IMG/VR virus record: IMGVR_UViG_3300046167_000032
Location: 16,375-80,374 of that record
Source: a virus
Length of the DNA stretch: 64,000 bases
Strand: one strand, 5' to 3'
Shown: in pieces, positions 8,343 through 17,017 of the stretch
Numbering within the stretch: position 1 is the stretch's first letter
How the letters are laid out: the number at the start of each line of letters is the position of its first letter
The notes under the pieces: generated by a model
Seen by the model: only the letters and a program-made list of their open reading frames with translations
What the model was told of the DNA's origin: nothing
Databases searched by the model: none
Translations under genes and position numbers: made by a program

Positions 8343-8410
8343 TACTACTACGTAGTAAAATAGGTGTTGACACCATCGGATTTATCTGATCTAACTGATT
8401 GCATCGAAAC
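8343..8410 (+). promoter_or_regulatory. Early promoter cassette 1: TACTACGTAGTA palindrome, TTGACA, TTATCTGAT, GCATCG
   Basis: Aligns without gaps to 10333-10400 (offset 1990). Confidence 0.75.
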
Positions 8411-8444
8411 GGCGAACTTGCCAAACTCAAAAAGGAAAAATCTT

Positions 8445-9056
8445 ATGACAAATACAAACACAGCTAACACCGACACAAACACAGCAGTACTTGCTACACT
8501 TGAGCTACAAGGTGCTGACATAGCTCGACAATGGAAAGCTATCACCAAAGGTGACAAAGCACGCTTCACTCAGCATACACAAGCCAATGGCTTCGACATG
8601 CAGTTAGGCAAGCTTATGGTTGCACTTTCAGAAGAGTGTGAAGGTCGTATCAAGTCAACTAGACTTGCTGATTGTGGCATCAACATAGTTGATAAGAGAA
8701 GACGTAGCGAAGCTAAATGGTTCGTTGAAAACGAAGTTGAATGCCGTGAGTTTATTGCTAAAAGCAAGAAAGGCTTCACATCACTTACAGCATTGCAAAG
8801 TGCAATGTCAAAAGCCAACAAGCAAGCATCATCTACTGATGATAAAGCGTCAACAGGTAAATCTAGCAAAGCTAGTGCAACACCAACTGAGGCTACTAGC
8901 GAAGCTAAACCTGCAACTAAAGAGACAATCTTTAAAGAGTTGCTTGCCATATGTAAGGCTAGTGATGTGAACATCATGGACATTGCAGAGATGCTTATGC
9001 TTGAAGCAGAAATGCTTACACCAGAAGAATTAGCAGATGAAAAAAAGGTAGCATAA
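8445..9056 (+). CDS. First early protein, helical, possibly DNA-binding (start MTNTNT)
   Basis: AAAGGA SD before ATG 8445; basic KRRRSEAKWF segment loosely like DUF3102-type HTH; Ser/Thr/Ala linker. Confidence 0.75.
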   Translation: MTNTNTANTDTNTAVLATLELQGADIARQWKAITKGDKARFTQHTQANGFDMQLGKLMVALSEECEGRIKSTRLADCGINIVDKRRRSEAKWFVENEVECREFIAKSKKGFTSLTALQSAMSKANKQASSTDDKASTGKSSKASATPTEATSEAKPATKETIFKELLAICKASDVNIMDIAEMLMLEAEMLTPEELADEKKVA

Positions 9057-9065
9057 TATAAGTTT

Positions 9066-9118
9066 ACTTATAGGTTACATCTGGCTCTCTCTCCCTAGCT
9101 AGGTGTAACTTTATAAGT
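9066..9118 (+). other. ~21-bp RNA stem-loop with CU-rich loop
   Basis: Arms 9066-9086 and 9097-9118; all non-Watson-Crick pairs are G-U on + strand, plus one bulge. Confidence 0.7.
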
Positions 9119-9161
9119 TAACTAGTCCAACGTTGGACTTACATATGAAAGGAAATGTCAA

Positions 9162-9296
9162 ATGGCATACAGAACATCAAGGCAACGTAAGCGTCAAGAA
9201 CAGCTACGTGAAGCATTCAAGCACACAGTCATGGGTGCAATGATGGGTTTTATTTTGGGTAGTGCTTTATTTCTACCATTTTTATTGAAAGGTTAA
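9162..9296 (+). CDS. 44-aa membrane microprotein, absent from track
   Basis: MAYRTSRQRKRQEQLREAFKHTVMGAMMGFILGSALFLPFLLKG; GAAAGGA SD. Confidence 0.75.
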   Translation: MAYRTSRQRKRQEQLREAFKHTVMGAMMGFILGSALFLPFLLKG

Positions 9297-9300
9297 TGTT

Positions 9301-9495
9301 ATGTTAATTGAACGTAAATCAATTTATTCTGGCACTATAAGTGCAATGGATATTGATGTAACACCAACGCAGATTAATGCATGGTACTGGCAGGGTGAGC
9401 TTATCCAAAATGCTATGCCTAACATATCTGCACAAGAACGTGAGTTCATTGCTACAGGTATCACACCCACAGAGTGGGACGAAATGTTTAACTAG
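9301..9495 (+). CDS. Hypothetical early protein
   Basis: 64 aa, GELIQNAMP...EREFIATGITP.EWDEMF; SD present. Confidence 0.8.
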   Translation: MLIERKSIYSGTISAMDIDVTPTQINAWYWQGELIQNAMPNISAQEREFIATGITPTEWDEMFN

Positions 9496-9531
9496 TCCAA
9501 TGTTGGACTTATATCTTGAAAGGATATTAAA

Positions 9532-9759
9532 ATGATTAAAGTAATCAATGCTGATAAGGCTGTAACAATTGCGTTTGAAAAAAGAACTAAGTATCTTAAA
9601 GACGTATTAGAACTTGCTATAAGTGAGGGCAGAAATGCTTTGAGTGTTTCATCACACAAAACTAATTCTGTAGATGTGGCACAATTGCGTGAGTATGGCT
9701 ACGATGTTTGGGTAAATCCAGACAATGGTGATGCAGTCATAAGTTGGGGTATTGTATAA
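9532..9759 (+). CDS. Hypothetical early protein
   Basis: GAAAGGA SD after palindrome. Confidence 0.8.
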   Translation: MIKVINADKAVTIAFEKRTKYLKDVLELAISEGRNALSVSSHKTNSVDVAQLREYGYDVWVNPDNGDAVISWGIV

Positions 9760-10091
9760 TGGGTAATCGAGCGACACTTGAAGTAATAAATCAAGACTAT
9801 TCTTGGCAAGAAACACCTTGCTACATATATGTACACTGGTCAGGTAGCCCTGAGACTGTGACTGAACTAGTAAAAGGTGCATCATCTAACATGCGTAAGT
9901 CTGATGTTAACTATGCTACTGCTAGACTAATAGCTCACATATGTAACTATGTGGAGGGTGGTTTGTCTGTAGGTGTACAAAAGAACAAAGAAGATTGGGA
10001 TAATGGACACTATGTCATAGATATGAGTAATGGTAATATCAAGAATGATGATACGCTTATAGCTGAAGGCATACAGTTTGGTAATTTTTAA
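9759..10091 (+). CDS. Hypothetical early protein (start MGNRAT)
   Basis: TAATG coupling; YIYVHWSG motif. Confidence 0.8.
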   Translation: MGNRATLEVINQDYSWQETPCYIYVHWSGSPETVTELVKGASSNMRKSDVNYATARLIAHICNYVEGGLSVGVQKNKEDWDNGHYVIDMSNGNIKNDDTLIAEGIQFGNF

Positions 10092-10131
10092 CTTAGTCCA
10101 ATGTTGGACTTAATATTATGAAAGGATTTAT

Positions 10132-10329
10132 ATGAAATTTAAATTGCATACAAACACACATTACACCATGCCAAAGCCTAGTCGTGCAGATCGTATAGCT
10201 CGGCTGCGAGCACGTATTGAGTTACAGCGTAAGTGTGCTTCACCTGTTGTCGATGTAGTGTATGACAACAAAAATAATGTAGTAGAGTTTGTGAGTGACT
10301 CAGGTTGGAAAACCTACAGCAAATCATAA
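10132..10329 (+). CDS. Hypothetical early protein
   Basis: GAAAGGA SD after palindrome. Confidence 0.7.
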   Translation: MKFKLHTNTHYTMPKPSRADRIARLRARIELQRKCASPVVDVVYDNKNNVVEFVSDSGWKTYSKS

Positions 10330-10332
10330 TAC

Positions 10333-10400
10333 TACTACTACGTAGTAAAATAGTGCTTGACAACAGGTTGGTTATCTGATTTGTTGTTAAGCATCGGAAC
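10333..10400 (+). promoter_or_regulatory. Early promoter cassette 2 (paralogue of 8343-8410)
   Basis: TACTACGTAGTA 10336-10347, TTGACA 10357-10362; 16-bp palindrome follows immediately at 10402. Confidence 0.75.
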
Positions 10401-10440
10401 TAGTCCAACGTTGGACTTCACATAAAAAGGATTACATACA

Positions 10441-10617
10441 ATGAAAAAGAATAACATGTTCAACACTCCTGATTCAGTTGATCAGATACCTGCATTGATA
10501 AAGAACGTAATAAAGTTTATTGAAGCACCTAAAGGTAAAGGTGATACAGTTGAAGCAATAGTTTCAATCATGATGATAAATAATTTTATTGCAGATAACA
10601 ATGGGGATACACAGTAA
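10441..10617 (+). CDS. 58-aa hypothetical protein, absent from track
   Basis: MKKNNMFNTPDSVDQIPALIKNV...; AAAAGGA SD; TAATG coupling to next gene. Confidence 0.7.
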   Translation: MKKNNMFNTPDSVDQIPALIKNVIKFIEAPKGKGDTVEAIVSIMMINNFIADNNGDTQ

Positions 10618-11237
10618 TGTATAGTCGTGATGTAAGAGAAATCAAATCGTTTGTCCGTTGGGGTGGTACAGATGCATTTGTAAACACTGGCCTGTTTGTA
10701 TTGCTAACGATACAAGCAGGTTTATCCACAGTAAAAGGTAGCATGGAAAAAGTAAGCATAGATGGTGTGAAAGCTAATTGCTTATGGGGCAAGAAAGGTG
10801 AAGGTTACAAGTACCTTATCAAGCATGGTGACTACTTACGTGGTGAGATGTACAAGATTGCAGATGCAAAAGGCTACAAAAGTGTTGAAGCTTGTGCTGA
10901 TGTTGTTGAGTTATTTATGCAAGTACCTAACTTGGGTATGGTCAAGGCATCTTTCCTTGCTCAATGCCTAGGTTTCAATGTAGCTTGTATTGATGGACAC
11001 AATGTCAAGCGACTAGGTATCAATCCCAACGCTGTAAAGACACCACCAAAGGCTATGAAGCCAGAGACTGCACGTCGAAAGGTTGAAGAGTACATAGTAC
11101 TTACTCAACGTGCTGGTTCAAAGTATTGGTGGAACACATGGTGCGAGTATGTTGCAGGTAACAAAGCTAATCGTAAGCTTACTACAGGCAATGTCGTATC
11201 TAAATTTCATGTAGAATGTATAACATACGGGAGGTAA
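10617..11237 (+). CDS. HhH-GPD superfamily DNA glycosylase-like protein
   Basis: VPNLGMVKASF...VACIDGHN resembles the helix-hairpin-helix plus catalytic Asp of Ogg2/EndoIII-type enzymes. Confidence 0.6.
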   Translation: MYSRDVREIKSFVRWGGTDAFVNTGLFVLLTIQAGLSTVKGSMEKVSIDGVKANCLWGKKGEGYKYLIKHGDYLRGEMYKIADAKGYKSVEACADVVELFMQVPNLGMVKASFLAQCLGFNVACIDGHNVKRLGINPNAVKTPPKAMKPETARRKVEEYIVLTQRAGSKYWWNTWCEYVAGNKANRKLTTGNVVSKFHVECITYGR

Positions 11238-11256
11238 CATATGAATGCAGTATACT

Positions 11257-11418
11257 ATGAAGAACTTTATTAAGTTCACTAAGTCCAATGTTGGACTAAC
11301 TACTAAGAAGAAGAAGCCTAAGCGTGATGATTGGAAGCGTGAGCGTTCAACAGCACGTAAGATTAAAACTAATATGCAAAGAGGCATAACAGATTACAAA
11401 CCAAAACGTATAGCATAA
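11257..11418 (+). CDS. 53-aa basic protein, absent from track; true start may be 11241 with a 1-nt error
   Basis: MKNFIKFTKSNVGLTTKKKKPKRDDWKRER...; GGAGG SD precedes 11241; palindrome lies inside this CDS. Confidence 0.6.
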   Translation: MKNFIKFTKSNVGLTTKKKKPKRDDWKRERSTARKIKTNMQRGITDYKPKRIA

Positions 11419-11432
11419 GGAGCTAACATAAA

Positions 11433-11759
11433 ATGACTACTATTTCAAAACCACTAGTAAAGAACACTAACCCAGAACTATATGTGAAGCACACAGCACA
11501 CATGTCAAGAGCAGGTATTCATACCTACAACTATGCGTCTGTTGATGATTACATTCTACAGAACTGGAGAGTGTCTACTATAAAACAGATTGCATCTGAC
11601 TTAAACGAATACCCTAATCGTATTGTATATAGGGTACAAGTACTACAATCTGTAGGTTTAATAGGTAGCAAGTACACTACTAAGCGTGCTACATTGAAGA
11701 CACAACAAAAGATGCTTGTCACTTGGTTGGCAGATATCAAACAACAATTGGAGGCGTAA
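11433..11759 (+). CDS. HTH-like hypothetical protein
   Basis: DDYILQNW...TIKQIASDLNE...RIVYRVQVL; AAGGAG SD. Confidence 0.7.
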   Translation: MTTISKPLVKNTNPELYVKHTAHMSRAGIHTYNYASVDDYILQNWRVSTIKQIASDLNEYPNRIVYRVQVLQSVGLIGSKYTTKRATLKTQQKMLVTWLADIKQQLEA

Positions 11760-11764
11760 TAACA

Positions 11765-12004
11765 ATGTCAAATAAAACACAAGCACAGTGGAAAGCTGAA
11801 CGTATGGCTAGGTATAAGGTAAATAAAAAGTTATTGGCTAGTATGTCTAAGGAACAGCGTGAAGCTATCGAAGAAGCTCAAGAGGTTTTGCGTGACACGT
11901 ATTCTATGGCTACAGAAGCGCATGATCTATACATGTCAGACATAGGTAAGATTGAGTCAGCTTGGTATTCACTGAGGTTTGCATTCAAAACTGAGGAAGA
12001 GTAA
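11765..12004 (+). CDS. Hypothetical early protein (start MSNKTQ)
   Basis: GGAGG SD. Confidence 0.75.
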   Translation: MSNKTQAQWKAERMARYKVNKKLLASMSKEQREAIEEAQEVLRDTYSMATEAHDLYMSDIGKIESAWYSLRFAFKTEEE

Positions 12005-12007
12005 CGT

Positions 12008-12244
12008 ATGCCTGTTATGGCATATGAAGTCACGTTAGCCATTGACAGTGAGAATACTATCGTTAAGTTAGATGATACGTATCCTTCTGTAAGTGACTGG
12101 CGTACAGCTTCGGAGTTTGCTATTCATATGATGATGCGTAGCAAACCTGATTCACGAGTTGAGTTTGTCGATTGTAGTGAGAGAGTACATGAGGTATACT
12201 CATCATGGGGATACATAAGTGAAACCCCACCATCAATTCAATAA
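12008..12244 (+). CDS. Hypothetical early protein
   Basis: Contiguous ORF; stop codon overlaps palindrome. Confidence 0.7.
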   Translation: MPVMAYEVTLAIDSENTIVKLDDTYPSVSDWRTASEFAIHMMMRSKPDSRVEFVDCSERVHEVYSSWGYISETPPSIQ

Positions 12245-12280
12245 GTCCAACGTTGGACTAACCATGAAAGGAAATATAAA

Positions 12281-12589
12281 ATGCATTGGGATACATACTT
12301 AGTTGATTTAGATATACCAAAAGAATGGAAGTGTACAAGCCATCATCATGATGAACTACCAAGCTACCAAGTAAATGGTCTACACATATGGATGGGCAGC
12401 CATGATGCAAATGTGCGTGAGGCTGATGCAAAAAACATTTGGGGTACAGATTGGGGTATGTTTACACGTTTCATAGTTCAATTGGCAAGCACCTACAATG
12501 GTGAGTCAGATGATCATGCATGGCTATGTAGTACTGATAGCTTTGAAGAGCTACAACAATTTGTAAAGGAATATAACAATGAAGATTAG
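12281..12589 (+). CDS. Hypothetical early protein
   Basis: GAAAGGA SD after palindrome. Confidence 0.75.
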   Translation: MHWDTYLVDLDIPKEWKCTSHHHDELPSYQVNGLHIWMGSHDANVREADAKNIWGTDWGMFTRFIVQLASTYNGESDDHAWLCSTDSFEELQQFVKEYNNED

Positions 12590-13684
12590 AACACAACTAT
12601 CCTTATGTGATGGCTTATCAGGTGGTCAGATAGCAGGTGATAAGATAGGCTTACGTGCTGATACTTATATAGCTAGTGAGATAGACCCACATGCTATTAA
12701 AATTACACAGAAAAATTATCCTGAACACTGTACAAGTAGGTGATATGACTGAGTGGAGATCATGGGATATTGATTGGTCTAAAGTTGATCTAGTTACAGC
12801 AGGTTTCCCGTGTCAGGCATGGTCAGTTGCAGGTCAACAGAAGGGTGATCGTGATCCACGAGGTCAATTGTTTTGGGTAGTACTAGACATCATGCAACAT
12901 GTGCTAGAGCACAACCCTAATGCTAAGTATCTAATGGAGAATGTTAGAATGTCGAATGCTTTTGAGGAGTACATCACGTATCACACTGAGCAAGCATTGC
13001 CTAATGTAAACAAGTACCTAATCAACAGTGCGCTAGTGTCTGCACAGAATAGGAAACGTTTCTATTGGACTAACATCGAAGGTATTCAACAGCCAGAAGA
13101 CAAAGGTATAGTATTGAAAGATATACTCGAAGGATGGTTTGACTGACAGAACTAAGTCACATTGTCTTGATGCTAACTATTTCAAGGGTGGTAATCTCAA
13201 GTCATACTTCGAGAAGCATCGCAGACAGTTGGTGTTTAGTCCTAGTGGTATGTGCCACGTAGGTGACGCTGATTTGAATGGCAATCAGTCTATCAAGCGT
13301 GTGTATGCAGCCGAAGGTAAAGCACCTACCTTGACTACTATGGGTGGTGGACACAGAGAACCTAAAGTATTGGTGAAGGGTGGACGTATGGTTGGGCGTA
13401 GACTAGATGCTAATGGTACTCGTAAAGACTATGACACATCTATACCAATCAAACAGATGATTGAAGTTAGAGAAGATGATAAAACTAATTGTCTAACTAC
13501 AGTGACTAAGGACAGTATCTTGATTGAGGATATGTCTTGGCGTAAGCTAACACCATTAGAATGTGAACGCTTACAAACAATACCAGATGGGTACACTGAA
13601 GGTGTATCAAACACACAGCGTTACAAGATGCTCGGTAATGGGTGGACTGTAGACGTGATAGCACACATATTGAAAGGGTTATGA
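12579..13684 (+). CDS. DNA cytosine-C5 methyltransferase, broken by two apparent +1 insertions (~12724, ~13130)
   Basis: Motif I variant SLCDGLSGG and SEID from ATG 12579; AGFPCQ, MENV, QNRKR in 12691..13146; RKLTPLECERLQ...LGNGW in 13139..13684. Confidence 0.9.
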
Positions 13685-13685
13685 T

Positions 13686-13859
13686 ATGACAATTAAAGAG
13701 CTAATACTGCAACTTGAACAAGCACTAGAGTCTCACTATTCAGATGAACTTGTGTGTATTTATGATCAAGATACAGGTGAGCGTATAGATATAGAAATTG
13801 TAGATGATACAATTGATGGTGAAGTACAACTAAATGTAAAGGAGTTTTACAATGACTGA
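13686..13859 (+). CDS. 57-aa acidic hypothetical protein, absent from track
   Basis: MTIKELILQLEQ...; fills the gap between coupled genes. Confidence 0.65.
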   Translation: MTIKELILQLEQALESHYSDELVCIYDQDTGERIDIEIVDDTIDGEVQLNVKEFYND

Positions 13860-14037
13860 TGAAATACAAACATATAGTGTATCCAAAGCTTTAAGGGCTT
13901 ATGCAGAAGGTTATGCAGTATACATAGCACACCCTCTTGATGAAGACCCAGATGATAGACTGTTTAGCGCAGATGAAATCATGAGAGCTGATGGACATTT
14001 ATTTATAATAAAAGAAGTAGTGTTTGAGTACACATAA
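13852..14037 (+). CDS. Hypothetical protein
   Basis: AAAGGAG SD. Confidence 0.7.
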   Translation: MTDEIQTYSVSKALRAYAEGYAVYIAHPLDEDPDDRLFSADEIMRADGHLFIIKEVVFEYT

Positions 14038-14058
14038 ATATATTAAAAGGAGAAACAA

Positions 14059-14235
14059 ATGACACAATATAAACCATACTACAGAAGTAAACCTGTAACA
14101 GTACAAGCACGCAAAGAGAAACGTGATGCAACTATAATGACTATAGCTGTAGTAATATTCACAGCATTTGCTATGTTAGGTATTGGCTTTGCCTTCTCAG
14201 TATTAGTTCGCTATGTAACTGGTTTGATATTATGA
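14059..14235 (+). CDS. 58-aa membrane protein, absent from track
   Basis: AAGGAG SD; basic N-terminus then long hydrophobic stretch IAVVIFTAFAMLGIGFAFSVLV. Confidence 0.7.
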   Translation: MTQYKPYYRSKPVTVQARKEKRDATIMTIAVVIFTAFAMLGIGFAFSVLVRYVTGLIL

Positions 14236-14286
14236 AGCATTGACATTACTATACAAACATGGCACAGTTGCCACATACTTAAACAA

Positions 14287-15126
14287 ATGGAGAATAATAT
14301 GACTTATATACCTGATCACCTAGACTTCAAAGTAGCATTTGAACCAACAAAAATGCACGATAAGAAGTACGTTATCAATGAAGATACAGGTGAATACCTT
14401 GGCATTGTGGGTAATACATTCCAGTGTGCAGCACATGGTGATTTCTTTCGTGGTGTAATGGACACTGCTACACAAGAGCTAGGTGCTGATGCATTAGATG
14501 GTGCAGTCAATCAGTTTAGAACAGCACGTAATGGTGCATGGGCTATGCTTGACGTGACACTACCTAACATCAAGACTAAAATTACAACTGACAAAGCTGA
14601 GACTGAGATTGGTAACAGGATCATCAGCTTACATGGTATTGATGGATCATGTAGTAACCAAGTATTCTTTGGTGCTATAGATTTCTTCTGTACTAACGGC
14701 ATGATTACAGGTGATCACGACAAGGTGCGTAAGAAGAACACATCTAACTTTACTATGGATAGTTTTATCTACGAACTAAATCGTGCTCGTACTGACTTCT
14801 TTGATCAAGCTAAGAGGATGCAAGTGTGGGCAGAGACTAGCCTCAAGTTCATCAATGTAAAAGATTTGATTGAGAGTATCATTAGTTCTAAGACTAAGGC
14901 TGAGAAGATGTTCAGCTTGTATAATGCTGAGGCTAGTGTGCGTGGACACAACAAGTTTGCACTGTATTCTGCCTTCACTAACTACGCTAGTTATGCTGAT
15001 GAACGTAATGGTTTCAACCTACGTAACACGGGACATGACACACAAGCTATCAACATGTGGTCACGTGAGCAAGAGGTATCCAAGTGGGTAAGCAGTAATC
15101 AGTTTCGTGTATTGGATGTTGCTTAA
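14287..15126 (+). CDS. DUF932-family protein
   Basis: LGIVG..FQ...H, HGIDGS, FFCTNGMI motifs; TTGACA at 14240 upstream. Confidence 0.75.
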   Translation: MENNMTYIPDHLDFKVAFEPTKMHDKKYVINEDTGEYLGIVGNTFQCAAHGDFFRGVMDTATQELGADALDGAVNQFRTARNGAWAMLDVTLPNIKTKITTDKAETEIGNRIISLHGIDGSCSNQVFFGAIDFFCTNGMITGDHDKVRKKNTSNFTMDSFIYELNRARTDFFDQAKRMQVWAETSLKFINVKDLIESIISSKTKAEKMFSLYNAEASVRGHNKFALYSAFTNYASYADERNGFNLRNTGHDTQAINMWSREQEVSKWVSSNQFRVLDVA

Positions 15127-16248
15127 TGCCTAAGCTACCTAGATATGTACAAGAGAGAGTATCACCTCACGGGGTGATCTCTTACAGATTTAATCCGCCG
15201 CAGAACTTAGTGGATGAGGGTGTGGTATCACGTCAAGAGTATGGCACTGATCTCAAGGAAGTGCGTAGTATTGTGAAGGAGTTGAACGCAGACATTGACC
15301 ATTGGCGTGAACAAAAAGCGACAGTGGTACAGATAAAGCCATCAAGTAAGGTGACAGATTTGATTAACTACTACTATCAATCTAATGATTTCAATATGTT
15401 ACGAGACACAACTAAGGTGGATTACAGATACTTCCTAACCATACTCCATCAGACTATGGGTGGTAAGAAGTACGACAGTGTAACAACTAAGGTTGCCAAG
15501 CAAGCATATGAAGGAGTGGGTTAAGCGTGGTATTAGTTTCGCTAATCATGCTGCAACATGTGCAAGTAGGGTATACAACTACGCTATTGACATGGAACAT
15601 GCCACACAAAATCCTTGGACTAGCATCAAGCGTAAGGCATTGCCACAGCGTAAGGTTGTATGGTCACATGGTGATGTTGTCAGGTTTCTTGATTATTCGT
15701 ACAGCGATTTTGACTACAGGAATGTGGGATTGATTGTGCACATGGCATATGAATGGTGTCAACGTCTAGGTGACATGCGTACACTGAAGTGGGAGAACAT
15801 TGACTTGCGTACACAGCGACTAGAGTTAGAGCAGAGTAAGCGTAGGGCAGATGTATCACTACCAATATCAGATGATCTATGCCACATGCTGAATGAACAG
15901 CGTAATGACTTTGGCTTTCAAGATTATGTAGCACCACACCCACGACCAATGGGCGGTAAGTACCAACCATATGCAATGGAACGTTTGTCTAAGGTAGGTA
16001 GACGTGTCATGAGATTAGCTAAGTTACCAGAAGAGTTACGTCTAATGGACTTACGTAGAACAGGTGTGACACAGATGGTTGATGCAGGTGTACCAATTGG
16101 ACAAGTGATGTCTGTTACTGGACACAATCATGTGTCTTCTGTGCAACCATATATGAAACATACATATGATTCTGCAAATAATGCCTTGACACAGAGAAAT
16201 GTAAGTGTACAATCGAGTGCAGCGAGTAACATAGAAAGTGATACATAA
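15126..16248 (+). CDS. int: Tyrosine integrase/recombinase, one apparent +1 insertion at ~15510
   Basis: Arm- and core-binding part in 15126..15524; catalytic QRLGD, QSKR, DLRRT, TGH and Tyr (QPY) in 15493..16248. Confidence 0.88.
16186..16213 (+). promoter_or_regulatory. Sigma70 promoter TTGACA-N16-TACAAT in integrase 3' end, upstream of replication genes
   Basis: Direct reading. Confidence 0.6.
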
Positions 16249-17012
16249 TGAATATACTTAGTATTATAAATGATTTGTCACTTACTAATGGTGAAACAAA
16301 GCGTATGACATGTCCTATGTGTAATACTAAGAATACATTTACTGTCACAAACAATATGGGTTCTATTGTATGGAACTGTTACAAAGCTAGTTGTACAGCT
16401 AGTGGCGGTACTCGTACTACACTTACTGCTGAGGACATACGTAAGTCATTAGGACGTGTTGCAGAAGAGACACATGCTATAAGTTTCTCAAAACCTGAGT
16501 GGTTTGTACGAGATTACGAAAGCATATCAGGCTTCTGTGATACGTGGGGTCTTGATGCACAACATCTAGGTCTATTATATGATGTGAAGGAACATCGTGT
16601 GGTGTTCCCTGTTGTACACAATGGAGTTATGGTAGATGCTACAGGCAGATCACTTGGAAAACGTATACCTAAGTGGAAGAGATATGGTAAGAGTGACTTG
16701 CCATATGCATTTGGATGTGGTAAAACTGCTGTAGTTGTTGAGGACTGCGTAAGTGCTGCCGTTGTAAGTGAGAGTGGTGTATATGTCGGGGTTGCAGTGT
16801 TGGGTACGTCATTATCTAATGGACACAAGAGGTACTTGTCGCAGTTCTCATCAGCAATAGTTGCATTAGACCCCGATGCATTACCGAAGACACTGCAATT
16901 TGCAAAAGATTTACGTGGTTACATTGATGATGTCAAAGTACTACGACTAGAAGACGACCTTAAATATAGACTGCCATCCGACATGGCTAACCTTTCAACA
17001 CTAGGAGAATAA
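16248..17012 (+). CDS. DNA primase (Zn finger plus TOPRIM)
   Basis: CPMC...CYKASC; VVVED..SA; ALDPDA. Confidence 0.88.
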   Translation: MNILSIINDLSLTNGETKRMTCPMCNTKNTFTVTNNMGSIVWNCYKASCTASGGTRTTLTAEDIRKSLGRVAEETHAISFSKPEWFVRDYESISGFCDTWGLDAQHLGLLYDVKEHRVVFPVVHNGVMVDATGRSLGKRIPKWKRYGKSDLPYAFGCGKTAVVVEDCVSAAVVSESGVYVGVAVLGTSLSNGHKRYLSQFSSAIVALDPDALPKTLQFAKDLRGYIDDVKVLRLEDDLKYRLPSDMANLSTLGE

Positions 17013-17017
17013 AACAT

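Larger units (their letters stand above)
7535..8444. other. Large divergent non-coding region, probable genome terminus/pac site or origin
   Basis: ~900 bp without credible ORFs between oppositely transcribed arms; purine-pyrimidine alternation, palindromes, C-tracts. Confidence 0.6.
1..8785. repeat. First copy of ~8.8 kb redundant region (haplotype A), repeated at 55091-64000
   Basis: Same ORFs recur at offsets 55090 (portal to endolysin), 55289-55290 (after an inserted gene) and 55214-55215 (early promoter onward); many SNPs. Confidence 0.98.
8313..12259. repeat. Dispersed 16-bp palindrome AGTCCAAYGTTGGACT, 7 copies
   Basis: Copies at 8313 (inverted, 1 mismatch), 9124, 9494, 10095, 10402, 11282, 12244. 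Confidence 0.97.

Noticed and set aside
1-8785. Redundancy as a true direct terminal repeat
   Set aside because: The copies differ by many SNPs, indels and a whole gene, and both ends are cut by the window.
8313-12259. 16-bp palindromes as a CRISPR array
   Set aside because: Start-to-start spacing is 307-962 bp and filled with genes; no cas operon. The Cas4-like gene is an ordinary phage exonuclease.
14260-14271. TGGCAC...TTGC as a sigma54 promoter
   Set aside because: Spacing is 2 nt instead of the required 5; the upstream TTGACA points to sigma70.
12579-15524. Frameshifts in the methyltransferase (two) and integrase as programmed frameshifts or pseudogenes
   Set aside because: Each is fixed by removing one base, there are no slippery heptamers, catalytic motifs are intact, and a similar single-A insertion appears at ~63719 relative to copy 1. 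Sequencing or consensus error is most likely; confirm with read mapping.
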